Of a DNA stretch of 64,000 nt, positions 1 through 12,434 are shown in pieces. The position numbers were made by a program, and so were the translations under genes. Under the pieces are notes generated by a model. That model saw nothing but the letters and a program-made list of their open reading frames with translations, was not told where the DNA came from and ran no database searches. Every line of letters starts with the position of its first letter. The first letter of the stretch is position 1. Origin of the DNA: Nageia nagi (lineage: Eukaryota; Plantae; Pinophyta). Where the stretch lies: contig JBITNC010000001.1 in NCBI GenBank assembly GCA_050084985.1, forward strand, positions 104,532,001 through 104,596,000, given 5' to 3'.

Positions 1-1345
1 ATCAATATAGACTAAAAGGAGAATATAGAAGGAAGATTAAATACAAAGAATTTTAAATAGGATATCCTATATTTATTTAAAATGTATTAAACATAATAAT
101 TAAAAAAGAACTCATAGAAAAATTTTAACCAAAATGGGTAGGTCCTTATATGGTCATAGCAAACTTTTATACAAAAGCCTACAAGTTATTACACTTAGAA
201 AGTCAATAAGTAAAGAAACCATACAATGTAATATATTTGAAATAATTATATACCTAAATAGACTTTCATGAGTCGTTTTTCACCTAAAACTTATGACAAA
301 ATACAAAAATAAATACATTAAAATTACAAACATAAAGAATTTTTACCAAAAATACTACAAAAAGAGGACTATCATTGATCCATTTGTGGGTTGTTTTCAA
401 TCCATTTATGGGTTGTATTTGATCCTCCTTTGGATGATGTTTCTACTTTTGTCAATTCTTTCAACTACTAACAAGTCAATATTGCATGTATTTTAGTTCT
501 AAATATTTTGTTCACGACTCTTTCACAAATTTTACATGATTATATGTTGTTTGCATGAATCTTGTTTTAGTTTCATAGCATTAGCAATTCCTTAGTTGGT
601 TAAAAAAAGATTAAAAATATATGAAAAGAATAAAATCCCCTAGAATTTACTTAGCAAAGTAATTTTAAAATTACATGAGTATAGGAAAAAGGGCCAACAT
701 TAATCCATTTTTGGACCACCTTTAGTACTCTTTTAAAAAAAAAGCATGTCCGTATTTTGGAGAGTGACCATCTTGGGATTCCTTATGATCATTTTCATCT
801 TTAGATAGCTTTATTTTCTAGAAATGAGCACAAAAACTAAGTATAATAATTTTTAGTTTGTTAATATTACTAAGATATATCATGTGTAAAAAAATAAAGA
901 CATATTTACCAATGACCTTTTTTGGTAGATGATTGTACTTGATAGAATCATAAAAATACTATGGGTCATTACTATCCATGATTACTTTGGATAGATAGTT
1001 ATGTTTCCAATATTAGCCATTACATCATGCTTATATCAATATTTATTTTTTGACTTGTAATGACTGAAAAATGTCCATATGTATGAAAATAAATATGATC
1101 TAACATATGTTTATAAGAATCAATATTTTGGATAGAGCTTTATATTGTAGGTTGCCTTTTTCTTGAATCCTTATTTATATTCTTTCTATAAAAAGTATTT
1201 AGGTTAAAATGGGGGCATGTAGTGAATTATTATCATCATAAAAAAATTTAGGTAAGTTTTCCTTCATGTTTTACTTTAATATGTATAATTTTCAAATATA
1301 GGTATTTTTAAATTATACTTCCAAAGTGGGGCAAATGTAGTTACA
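1..1345 (+). mobile_element. Decayed 3' region of a gypsy-like LTR element (twin PPT-like tracts)
   Basis: AAAATGGGGGCATGTAG (~1207) and CAAAGTGGGGCAAATGTAG (~1322) mirror the twin tracts preceding the gypsy 3' LTR at ~51410 and ~51557. No coding evidence. Confidence 0.3.
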
Positions 1346-2350
1346 TAAGTTTAATTTATGTAATTTTTTAAAATAAATAAAGAGAAATTATTAAGTTACT
1401 TAATTTTATTTCATTAATATCAATATAATATAGGAATAATATGCATCTTGTTTGTAGGTAACGTGAGGCCCAAGGTATGGATCTTTACCTAAGGTGTAGG
1501 TTACATCATCTAGATAACATATTTTTAACTTGATAATAACATATTCTCCTTTAGGTGTTTCTCAATATCACCTTATCAAGATTAGAATTTGGATATTCTA
1601 ACTATATTACACAAGCTATTATAGTATCATTATGCATGATCTGATATCCTTGTAGGCTTACAAAGGTGACAACCTTGATTTGAGCTTTGGATATCCCTAA
1701 AATAGAATCAATAATGGCCTATTAAAATACCAATAGTATCCTATTATATTTTGGTAGGACTAATGATGATCCTTTTTTGAAGGATCTATGAGTTGTGATT
1801 TTTGTGGTGTCTTCATTAGGTTGTCCTTCATAAATATTTCATTTCCTTTTATCCATAATAGGTAAGTATATGAATCTCCATCTTCATAGACATTATCTTG
1901 TTCCCTCTTAAAAATCATTTATCTCTTTTGTTAGGAAATTTTAGTCATTGTAAGCTTAAGGATTATTTTTACTATTTAATTACTTCAATTCCCTTTTTGA
2001 AACCTACACCTTTACAACCTTATGTTAATAAGAGGTACATTAGGTAATAACTAAATTTCATGTTCAATTTCCCTCTTAGGTGGTAGTGTTGTTGGCTCAA
2101 AAAATATCCCTTTAAACTCTTGAATAAGTTTATGGATTTAATATTCTTAATTTCAATGGTGTAGGTGGGGTGGGTGATGTTGCATAAGTAGAAAAGGGTA
2201 TCAACACCATAAATCTTATTGAAATATTATTTATAGCTCTAAACATGAGAAGAATGAAATGCTTTATTAAATTTATTAATCATTTTACATGGATAGTTGC
2301 AAGAAAAGGTATATTTTTTTGGCTCTTATTGGTATTAATAGTGTAGTGCA

Positions 2351-2851
2351 TGTTGGAATCTATAATGCATTATTGTAAGGTTTTGTAATAATCCTCTTTG
2401 TAAATTCACTAATACTTAATGGTATCATTACATACCTTAAGTATTTAAGTGAATATGATAATGTAACTAGTCCTACACTCTATGTCATGAACATGCCCCT
2501 TGGGTAAAAGGGAGTTGCATGTCATGCCTTTGTACATTGGTTAAAAGGGTGATACAAAAGGGGATTTTGGCCTATAAATAGAAGGCCCGCTCTTTGTGAT
2601 CACTCACCAATTTGTTAAGGAAAGTTATTTTCTAGGATAGTGTTTAGGAGATGAAGTTAGGAGGATTGTAAGAGTGTTGTCTTTGTGAATGAAGTAATAT
2701 CTAGTTAGTGGATGTACTCCTAGTTGGAGGAACCACTTAATATCTTGGTTCACATTGTGAGATTATCTTCTCAAGTTATTTTTATGTTAGTATGAGCTTC
2801 CATGCAATCTTGGTAGTTTAGGATTGTATTGATTATACTTCAATCCCTTCA
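2351..2851 (+). mobile_element. Solo LTR of copia family A (~500 bp)
   Basis: TGTTGGAATC...CCTTCA, colinear with the LTR at 19843-20342 (same length, CCTATAAATA box, GTGGATGTACTCCTAGTTGGAGGAACCACTT motif). No PBS follows. Flanks GTGCA/GTACT are at best a degenerate TSD. Confidence 0.85.
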
Positions 2852-3599
2852 GTACTTCCCATCTTTACTCAGTCTATATTCATTATTTCTCTAAACATAT
2901 ATACCAATTATATCACACAAGTAAAGATTACTAAAAACTACACCACAAATTTAAACAGGTACCATATCTAAAATAACTTCATTAATATAATTTGTAGCAA
3001 TAGCAAATTATAACTTACATTTCTTAGTGACTTGTAATTGGGTATCATTATGAATCCATACTAAAGAATATGGCTAAGGATGATTTTCTATCCTCGGTAT
3101 CAACTTCTACATTAAAATTTTAGCAATTGGATTAGATTGAGAACTAGGATCCATGTTGAAATCAATCTTTATGCTATTAGTTTGGATATTGACATAGAAT
3201 AGTTGAGTCTTTTGATCCTCAATGCACTTAGAATCTCCAACCATTTGGGATATTACACATTTTATGATATCATCAACATATGAAGTACCCTGAATATTTG
3301 CACTCGTAGTGACCATTGCATTCTTCTTATATGGCCTTTTCTTCTTCTTGTATGGATACAATTCCATATGAATTCATCCATATCTAAAACATTTTAGATA
3401 CAGGTCTAAAATGACATATGTAGTGTACTTACTATGATCTAGATCATTGAATCAACAAAGTATATATAACAACAATCATATAAATCTTTGGTGTATTAAT
3501 CTCTACTCCTAATTGATCAAAATTTTTAATTAACATCAAATAAGATACTTGAATAGTTATTAGTATTTGGGAAAATGGATGTTGGGTTGTTTGAGAAAC

Positions 3600-6500
3600 T
3601 TATGGATGAGCTATTTAAGGGACTTATGGATGAACTTATGGGCACTTTTATGCTTAGTGGGATTGCACTTTTATCACTTTTTAGAAGGTTAGAGTGCATT
3701 TTTTATAGTTTGTACATTCTTTGGTTGATCACTAATTTGCACATTTGGTGAGTTGTCTTCAAGTCTACCATCATCAACAAATATCCTTTTGCTACCCCAA
3801 ACTTCCCCTTCATCAAGAATTGTATCTCTTGAGATAATTATTTGATGAGTTTTAGGGTTGTGGAATTTGTATACTTTAGAGTACTCACTATAACCAATGA
3901 ACACATATGGCTCATATTTTGCATCATGTTTCTTTCTCTTTTTATCAAAAATCTTCACATAGGATATACACCCAAACATCTTCAAATAATTCACATTTGT
4001 TTTTCTCCCATACCAAGTGGAAAGCTTCATATGGTGTCATATTCTTCAAACTTCTTGTTAGACACCTACTTTGAATATATATTGTTATACTTATTACTTC
4101 ATACCAATAAGAATATTTCAATCTTTTACTTTACAACATGCTCCTTGCCATCTCAACTAATGTCCTATTTTTCCTTTCAACCACCCCATTTTGTTGAGGT
4201 GTTTAGGATGGTTTCATTTGTCTTTTTTACAAAAATATAAAAAAATACTCATTAGAATAAAACTCACATCCTCTATTAGTTTTCAAACATTTAATTTTTT
4301 TCCACTTTGATTCTCTAAAAATTTCTTGAATTCTTTGAAACAATTGAAGGCTTAATCTTTGTGTTTTATGAAAAATATTCAACATATTCTTGAGAAATCA
4401 TAAATTAAGGTGAGAAAGTATAAATTTTTACAAATACTTAATGTTTGTATTGGACCACAAATATTAGAATAAATTAATTAGAGTGGGTATTGGGCCCTCC
4501 ATGCTTCTTCTTTTAGAAATAAATGCCTTGGATACTTCTCTTAGGCACATCCTTCACATACATCCTTGAGGTATTCAACTATTGGTAATCTATACACAAG
4601 AGATGCCAATGTTTTCAAACTTGTAAAATTTAGATGCCCAAATCTAAGATGCCAAATTTGTCTTTTATTATCTACATCAACATGAGTTTTTTTTTCCTCT
4701 TCTCCAACAACAAAATTCAATGGAAATAATATGTTCTTTTTCATTTTAATTATTGTGACCAACCTATTTGCATTATTTTTATCATAAATCATACATGCTC
4801 TATCCTAAAAAATCAACTTGAAATTTTTCTTCAATATTTATCCTATACTCAACAAGCTATGTTCCAATTTATGATCAAGATAATTATCTTTTACCTTCTT
4901 ATTTCTATCATTTATTTGAATCACCATATATATAGTACTTTCCATGTTAATTCCCTACAATTTCTTCTATTTGTGGATTAATTTGAGACTAAGTGCTAAT
5001 TGGAATATGTGATACCTTTATAGATTTTCCAATTATAGATTTTTTATACCAAGTCCTTGAATTCATGATCTTATTTCCATCATAATATTTTATTCTATGC
5101 AAATTCCATACAAGTTGCATTGTATCATCATAATATCAATGATGTCACCTGTATATGAGATTATCTAGGATATAAATCATTAAAATTAATCAATGATATT
5201 GTGGTGCTCCTTTAAGTGCATATTTAATAAAAAAACACTCCAAAACATTCTTGAGTAATCATTAATGAAGGTGAGAAAGTAAAATATTTTACCAATACTT
5301 AATGTTTGCATTGGACCACAAATATCAAATATCATATTAAACTAATTGGAGTGGATATTAGGCCCTCCATGCTTCTCTTTTGGAAATGAGTGCCTTGCAT
5401 GCTTCCCTAAGGCACATTCTTTGCATGAATCATTGGGGTGTTCAACCGTTGGTAATCCATACACAAGAGATGGTAACATCTTCAAACTTGTAAAATTTAG
5501 ATGCCCAAATCTAAGATGCCAAATCTTTACTTTATTATCTATAGCCACATGAGCTTTTCTTTCCTCTTCTTAAACAACAAAATTCAATGAAAATAATTTT
5601 TTATTTTTCATTTTAACTATTGTGACTAACCTATTTGCATTATTTTTATCATAAATCATAACTTTCTATCATGGAAAATCAACTTAAAATTTTTCTCTAA
5701 CATTTATCCTATACTCAACAAGCTATATTCTAATTTAGGATCAAGATAAATAACTTTTACCTTCTTGTTTCTAGTCTTTGTATGAATCACCATATTTCCC
5801 TTTTCTAACATCTCCAATGAAGACTCATCTTTATGCTTAATTTGTAGCAATGATCTAGAGATAATAACAATTTTTGTCGATCATACGATTTGTGCAACAT
5901 ACGTCAAAAAGCCATGTATCTTCATCATATTTTGCAACTATGTCGTACATCAAGATTAAAACTTGAACTCTATAATTATCTTCTTCATAATAATTCACTA
6001 CTTTCCCATTATTTTATACTTATTTTAGCCTACAATATCTTGCAAGATGACCAAATTTGCTGTAATAATAACATTGCATACTTCTTCTATCTTCAAAATA
6101 ATTTCTTCCTCTACCTCTTTCATATCCTCTAGCTCTTAGAGATAAATAATCCTCACTTATATTGAATTGTTCTCTCCCTCTACCTCTCCCAAATTAGGAG
6201 CCTATTATACCACCTCTACCTCCTTCTCTTAAGAAATATTAGCTTTTACCTAGGCCTTTACTACAGCTTGCTTCATTCTCCTTTGTACAGAATGCCTTCT
6301 CTTCTACAACTCTACCGACTTGTGGTTTTAAAATCCTCTCCTCATGTGAAACAAGGGAGCCAATTAATCCATCAAAATCTAATGTTGACAAATTCTTGGT
6401 CTCTTTAATTATGACTGTAATATTATCCCTTTCTTAGTCTCAAGTTCATTTTCCAACTATTCTCTAAGTATAGCCATATTATATACTATTGTTTTAACTC

Positions 6501-7150
6501 TTACAAATAATCACCCATGACTTCATTTTCTTGCATTAATAAATTTTCAAATTCCTTTCTCAAGATCAATAATTTTACCTATTTCACTTAATCACTACCT
6601 TGAAATCCTTCCTTCAAAGCATTCTAATATTTTTTTACTATCTTGCAACTAGAAATTCTTGGAAAAATATTCTCCTTAAGTGTTGATTGTAAGTGATACA
6701 ATTATAAACTATTCTTCTTCTTTTTTTCCTTCTTTTTCTTCTTCATATTTCCTTGCAATGCATTCCAATCTTATTGTTCATTATATTCAACTTCAATTAT
6801 GTCCTACAAATCCTTACCTTCAAGCAAAGTCATCATTTTAAGACTCCAATATTCATATTTTTCCCCATAAAAATAAAAAATTAGAAGAGAATTTATTCTC
6901 ATAGCCATAATAATCTTATTACAAAGCAAAAAACCAAGCTTCACTTCAAAATTTAAATAATTTCAAGGGAATCTTCACAAGTTTCAAATCCACTAACTCA
7001 ATCTTAACAAGCTCTAATACTAGATGAAGTATTTAAGCCAAAATAAAATAAGAAAATTCAACAATGGAGAAAATGAACTAGAGATAGTAATAGAGTTTAT
7101 ATTATAAATATCACACCAATACAGTATATAGATACTATACTAAACCAAAC
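3600..7150 (-). mobile_element. Truncated, decayed Ty1/copia element (LTR remnant, PBS, gag, protease, GAG-pre-integrase, integrase; RT/RH absent)
   Basis: Degenerate Met-tRNA PBS (reverse complement of 7011-7022) next to an LTR end at 7025; gag start ~6908 (FYGEKYEYWSLKM); WHLRFGHLNF motifs (ORFs 4541-4792 and 5342-5548); integrase C-terminus YLKMFGC...VFIGYS (ORF 3689-4030). Many stops. Confidence 0.88.
4366..5795 (-). repeat. Internal ~565-bp direct duplication in the copia element (4366-4929 and 5225-5795) separated by foreign filler (4951-5228)
   Basis: Both copies share e.g. AAACTTGTAAAATTTAGATGCCCAAATCTAAGATGCCAAAT. The filler aligns to 9101-9390. Confidence 0.88.
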
Positions 7151-7298
7151 TTTTTATCTTATTATATTCCAAAATTACTATGAACAAAAATAAATGAAAT
7201 GTATATACTTTTGAATTCAAAATTCAAGAGTAGTGCATAATACAAAAAATCAATCTAAAAAAATAGTAAATGAAATGTTACACATAAAATAATAAAAA

Positions 7299-8376
7299 TG
7301 ATAGCATTGGCATTAGCATGGGTGTAGATGTTGACATCGATGTTGGTGCTAGAATAGGTATATAACTATTGGCATTAGGATAACATAATAAATCAAACTT
7401 CAAGGAGAGTGTTGACTTCCAACAAGGAGAATAATTATGAGAGGAGAATAGTCACTAATGTGGTTGGCTACTATCACATGTGGAGTAGACCAAATCATAG
7501 ATAGTGCATTTGTAGTCTTGAACTTCTTTCTTTCTTTATTCTAAAGTGTAGAATGAACAATAGTATTCATTATATGTTATTTCATCTTGTATTATTCATG
7601 TATTGGGTTAATCATATAGTTTTATTGTATGAGTACTATTGTGTGGTCACATGTTGTATTTTATGGGAGGTGTAGTATGTATTCATGTACATGTTTTTAA
7701 TGCATATGAATAAGAATACCATATGCTCAATATTTAGAGGGAGATAATGGGTAGTCTAGAGAGTTCTTTATTATCACATGTGAAGAAGATTGTGATTATT
7801 TTAGCTAAAAGACATTGGGAGAACAAAGTTGGGATCATGAATGACAAGATTGGAGGTTGAACCAATGAAATATTTATTTGGGTGAGATGGTTAAAGATTT
7901 TGAGTCTCTTAGAGAGAGGTTTGAAACATGGCCATTGAAGAAGCCATTGAAGAAAATCATATTCTTGAGTCAAGTTTGAACTTGAGAAAAATAAATTATA
8001 TTCTTGAGTCACTTAAAAGGTGGCTTGAGAAGCATTAGAACTCTATGGAGTTGTTTATTGGTCAAGAGAGGAGCAAAGAAGATCATTGGAGCTAAAGAAG
8101 ATGTAAGAGTATCCAAAAGAGGCATAACACCAAGCTATTATAGTTGTAGCTTTCAATAACAAAAGATAATAAAGGCGATGTACTTTCACATTGAGGGTAA
8201 CCTCTAAAAATACTTGTGTTCTTTGTATGGATGTGCATTATTTTAATTATTATTGGTGCATAGAGCATAAAAAAATAGAAATATTTTGTAAATTTGTATT
8301 TGAGGATCCAAGTAAGCCATAAGCTTTTGGTGATTAGAAATCATGTATAAGGGTTCTATATCCTCTTAAAATCATC
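7299..8376 (+). mobile_element. LTR-like repeat (probable solo LTR), same family as ~13580-14410
   Basis: Shares AATTTGTATTTGAGGATC(C/T)AAGTAAGCCATA near its 3' end (8291 vs ~14330). Boundaries approximate. Confidence 0.45.
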
Positions 8377-8989
8377 ATTTTCAATTTAATAATAAAAAAA
8401 TACCATGAAGACAAATTGAAATAAAAAATTTCTTACATAAATAAAAAGAGTAATATATTTAATTTTGAAGTAAATACTTATTATAAATAAATCAAATATT
8501 ACTACATATAGTCGTGAGTTGCAATATTGTATATTTATGAATATTAAATGTAAAATATTTTAACTATTTTTTTTTAATTTTTACTTTAAAGATCTTATTT
8601 CTAGATTTATTTAGTTATTAAATAAAGTAGTTTAATAATTATAAAACAAACTATGAAAGAATCATGAAGAATTTTATTTTAAAAAAATTATGTTTTATAA
8701 AAATAAATCTACATTTTATTTAATTATATTTAAATATATATATATTTTGAATAAATTAATAATTGTATTAGTAAAAGTCAAAAAAGAACCCTTTAAAGAC
8801 ATTTTTAAAAACTATAAAAAATTTATATCATATGATATAATTATACAATCCCCTACTCATTCTTAATCTATATTAACTACATCTTGATATAATGATCTAA
8901 CACCATTCAAATACAAAAATGATTTCCTATGAAATAAAAATGAAACTACTTTGCAATAACATACAAGCGAAGCAGAAACAAAAAGACGG

Positions 8990-9640
8990 AGTATTCATTT
9001 TGACCAGTAATGCCACTACATCTTGTTCTTTAAAATCTCCGGGCTTGCCTTTGCTTAGCTGCCACATCAGCTATGAAGTCTTCATATGCTCTGTTACTCG
9101 ATTCCCTACTATGTCTTCCATTTGTGGATTGATTTGAGGCTAAGTGCTAATTGGAATATGTGTTACCTGTATTGATTTTCCAATTGTATACATTTTATAC
9201 CAAGTCCCTGAATTCATGATCTCGTTTCCATCATTACTTTTTATTCTATACAAAGTCAAGGCAGCTTTCATTGTATTATCCAGTAGCTTTACTTGCTTAT
9301 TATGCTGATCATATACTTTTCCAATACAAATCTATAAATCACTAAAAGTAATCGATGATGTTGTGGTGCTCCTTCGGGTGCATATTTAATTCTTTCTATA
9401 GGAAGCTTTAGTGAATCGAATAGGAAATGGGGTATATTTACCTGTTCATCTGACCATAAGTGGTTGAACAGTGGGAAATGGTATCCCATTACAATCATGA
9501 ACCTTCCCTCCAAATGATAAATTGCATGAGTATGAGTGCAATATGAGGCCAGGGTCTTGAGAGGTTGTCTCTTTATATAACCTTAGTGTTTACTACACCA
9601 CTGACCACCTATCTTTTATTGAACTTTTTGTAAGAGATCC
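8990..9640 (-). pseudogene. Frameshifted fragment of an uncharacterised TE-associated ORF (homolog of 59077-59678)
   Basis: Conceptual translation DNLSRPWPHIALILMQFI/LEGRFMIVMGYHFPLFNHLWSDEQVNIPHFL...PQHHRLLLVIY aligns with SIPYPWHKVCKFIMKYTTLDGKHMEVFGTH/PILNHFPYSRDHVNL...PLHQFIMILVY at 59.4-59.66 kb. Confidence 0.7.
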
Positions 9641-10284
9641 ACTTATTCGAATCATGTCATGTTCTATATCACACTATCAAGTATAACATGCTTCTCGTCC
9701 TCGTCTCCAAGGCTGTCGGTGGTGCATTGTAAGTGCTTAATAAATTGGTGATACGGCCATGGAAAGACTATTGGATCAAACTTATTTGTTAGAAATCTTT
9801 TTCTATGGCTTCAATTGTAGCTTGGATGATTTTATTTATAGACTTTGGGATATCCTATATTTAAATATTTTGAAGTAATATAAAATATAATAAATTGTAT
9901 CATGTTTCTTTAGATTTATATAAATGAGAAAAAAAAAATTATTGTAACCATTTCCTTTTGAAATTCATCATATGTAAAGGGGGAGAATTTTTGAACTTGA
10001 GATTTCCCTTTATCAACTTTAGAGTTTTATCTTACCAGTCTTCTCCAACTCCCTTCACATCTTTGAATATAAATGAGAAATTTGTGTAATACATATTTAT
10101 CATTAAAATAGAAATGGATATACAAACTCAATGAATATATAGTATGTATAAATATTTTCATGCTTCAAAAATTACATATTTATTAAACCTTTTTATTAAG
10201 TATCAACAATTAAATACCTTTTAATGAATTCAATAAAAAAAATCAAATTAATTTTTGCAAACATATAGAAAAATTTAATTATTA

Positions 10285-10427
10285 TTTTTTGATGAGTTAC
10301 AAGTTTATGGGAGCAATGGACACCCAGCATATGTTACATATCCATCTACCTCTGAGGGGGGAGATTTGAACTTGGAGCGTCTCATTATCCACTTGAGAGA
10401 TTTCACTACCCCTCTCTCCATCTCCCC
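10285..10427 (-). mobile_element. tRNA-derived SINE-like element (longer copy)
   Basis: The minus strand has a GGGAGATGGAGAGAGGGGTAG head, a B-box-like AGTTCAAATC and an A-tail. Head and tail are shared with the TSD-flanked copy at 33017-33110. Confidence 0.65.
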
Positions 10428-10701
10428 TCCACATGTTGGATACTTCAATTAAATTTTAGGTAAAAATAGAATATATTTTATTTATTTATTATTAAATCAT
10501 ATGTATTTTAAATATATTAGATTATATAAAAGATGTAGTAGACTAAAACAAGGTAATTGAGTTTTAGAATAAAATAGAAAAAAATATATTTAATTATTAT
10601 TCTTTTAAATTTATATTACCTTCTTTTCTTAGCTGGATAAGACTTTCTTCTTATGTTTTCTCACATCAAAGGAGAGTCTTTTGAGGTAAAATGTTACTAT
10701 C

Positions 10702-10859
10702 TTGTGAGTTGTAATAAGACAAAAGAGTACTGATTATTATGCATTCTTTGGAATAAGACAAAAAAGTACTGATTATTCTACATTCTTTGGATGTTGTTTT
10801 TAGATGTACTAAGTTATTTTACACTCTTAGATTTGTTTTTATCTTATTACAACTCACAA
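10702..10859. mobile_element. MITE-like inverted-repeat element
   Basis: 23-bp inverted repeats (10702-10724 and 10837-10859, 1 mismatch), with an internal ~39-bp tandem duplication (10712-10791). Confidence 0.6.
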
Positions 10860-12155
10860 AAGATTAAATTTCAACTGTCTCTTGACCTCTTCAACAACTA
10901 TTAATGGAAACCTACTATTTTTTCACAATTCCTAAAGTTTTACAAAGTTTGATCAACACTTAATTCTCCCCGACTTTATTAATAAAAATTTATTAGTTTT
11001 TCAATTCCACCAGACAACGAAGTTTGTATTTGAGCCTAGAGAGATTTCAACCTAATTCTCACCAATTACTAATGGAAATCCACTATGTTTTTCAATTTCA
11101 TTATAAGTACATAAAAGTTTTTTCAATTTCATTACAAATAAGCTTGATATAGCTGGCGAGGACGGATAAGCTGTCCACCATGACTTTGACGATAGACGAA
11201 TGCAATATATTACCTCAACTTTACACGACTCCTGCAAGGACGATTTTCATAAACCATGAATAAAATACGCTATAAATTTTATTCGTCCATAACACCAAAG
11301 CTTCCATGTGTTATAACATATGAACAAAATGATGGAAAGAGCTGATCTAACAATGAATTGAAACATTGGGCTCAATGCTGACCATGACGAGACAAAAATT
11401 CATGGAAATCTGCTCTAGTTCCAACCATTTAATGCAATTTTCACTTTTACAGTTAGAAGGATATCTCCAGACCATCTCCCTACTGCAACAGAATTCTAAA
11501 ACGCTTTATGCACAGTCGAACTATCTTACTACATTCAATTTCTACTTCATAATTTCCTTAAAGATTACTTGGTTGAAATCAATTTGCACATTTGTGATCT
11601 ATATTTTTTCATATTTCCAAACCTCAGTAATGGAATTGCTTAAAATGTAAAATCAATACATCAATTCCATCAACGTTTTGAACTCGCACAGGAGGACATA
11701 CGGATAAGATGCTGATGTAGCGAGATTCTTCCCGTTTAGCCCCGGCGATAAAGATCTTTCCTGATGTTTTACACTAAATATGCTGGTGGATATAGTTATC
11801 TTCATAAAATGTTAGCAATACCAAGAAGGCAGAACCATGGAATATTGAAAAATTCAAACCACCGGCCATGAATAACGCTCTATCTACAAACATTGTAGTT
11901 AAAGCATTCAGAAATCATCGAACCTTCCAATATCCCATTGCATTTCACACAATGTACCCCTCGAAATTATCACATTCATCGTTCTTCTGGAGATTTTAAG
12001 CGGCACCCATATACTCTCTCTACATTTCGTATGAACCCAGATCTAGAAATCACGAAACTGAACATAGTGTATCTCTTCTGGCACTCCCATCATCAAAGAA
12101 ACACCATGAAAATAATTGCAGTTGAAGCTGTTTTTTACCCTCAGAATAATAATAT

Positions 12156-12434
12156 TCATCTGTTGATTCTTTTTGCTGCTGACCAAGGCGTTGCATTAGC
12201 CTTGCGGCTTGGCCCCGATGGAGGAACCGGTGCCTTAGGCAACATGTTCTTAAAATCTCCAGGAGGAGCACTTTTACTTTCTGTTCTGCATTTTCTTCCA
12301 CAGGAATTCATCCCGGGCGATTTCATATCCGCAAAACCCAAAGGTATTCCTAAACAGACATAGTTTTCATTTCTGTTAATCAGCCATAAGAAGAGCACAA
12401 CGTACACCAGTAGCACCCGCTCCTTGGTGCCCAT
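12156..12434 (-). CDS. IDL: IDA-LIKE (INFLORESCENCE DEFICIENT IN ABSCISSION-like) secreted peptide precursor, 92 aa, intronless
   Basis: ATG-initiated ORF with a basic N-terminus and hydrophobic stretch (VLLVYVVLFLWLI, signal-peptide-like), a variable region, then FKNMLPKAPVPPSGPSRKAN, which matches the IDA EPIP domain (FGYLPKGVPIPPSAPSKRHN). It lies in a CpG-retaining island, unlike the surrounding repeats. Confidence 0.87.
   Translation of the reverse strand: MGTKERVLLVYVVLFLWLINRNENYVCLGIPLGFADMKSPGMNSCGRKCRTESKSAPPGDFKNMLPKAPVPPSGPSRKANATPWSAAKRINR

Noticed and set aside
2950-3480. Possible LINE ORF1 zinc-knuckle remnant (minus strand, ORF 3107-3367 region)
   Set aside because: Too decayed to support a call.
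11052-11237. C.V.VIYC..L similarity between ORF 11052-11237 and ORF 36308-36529
   Set aside because: Only 7 of 11 residues, no flanking similarity, and expected by chance among this many ORFs; the first ORF lacks an ATG.
11938-12363. 141-aa plus-strand ORF and 83-aa alternative minus-frame ORF (12050-12301) overlapping IDL
   Set aside because: Shadow ORFs of a GC-richer coding region. The plus-strand one starts at a non-ATG codon, and neither has recognisable motifs.
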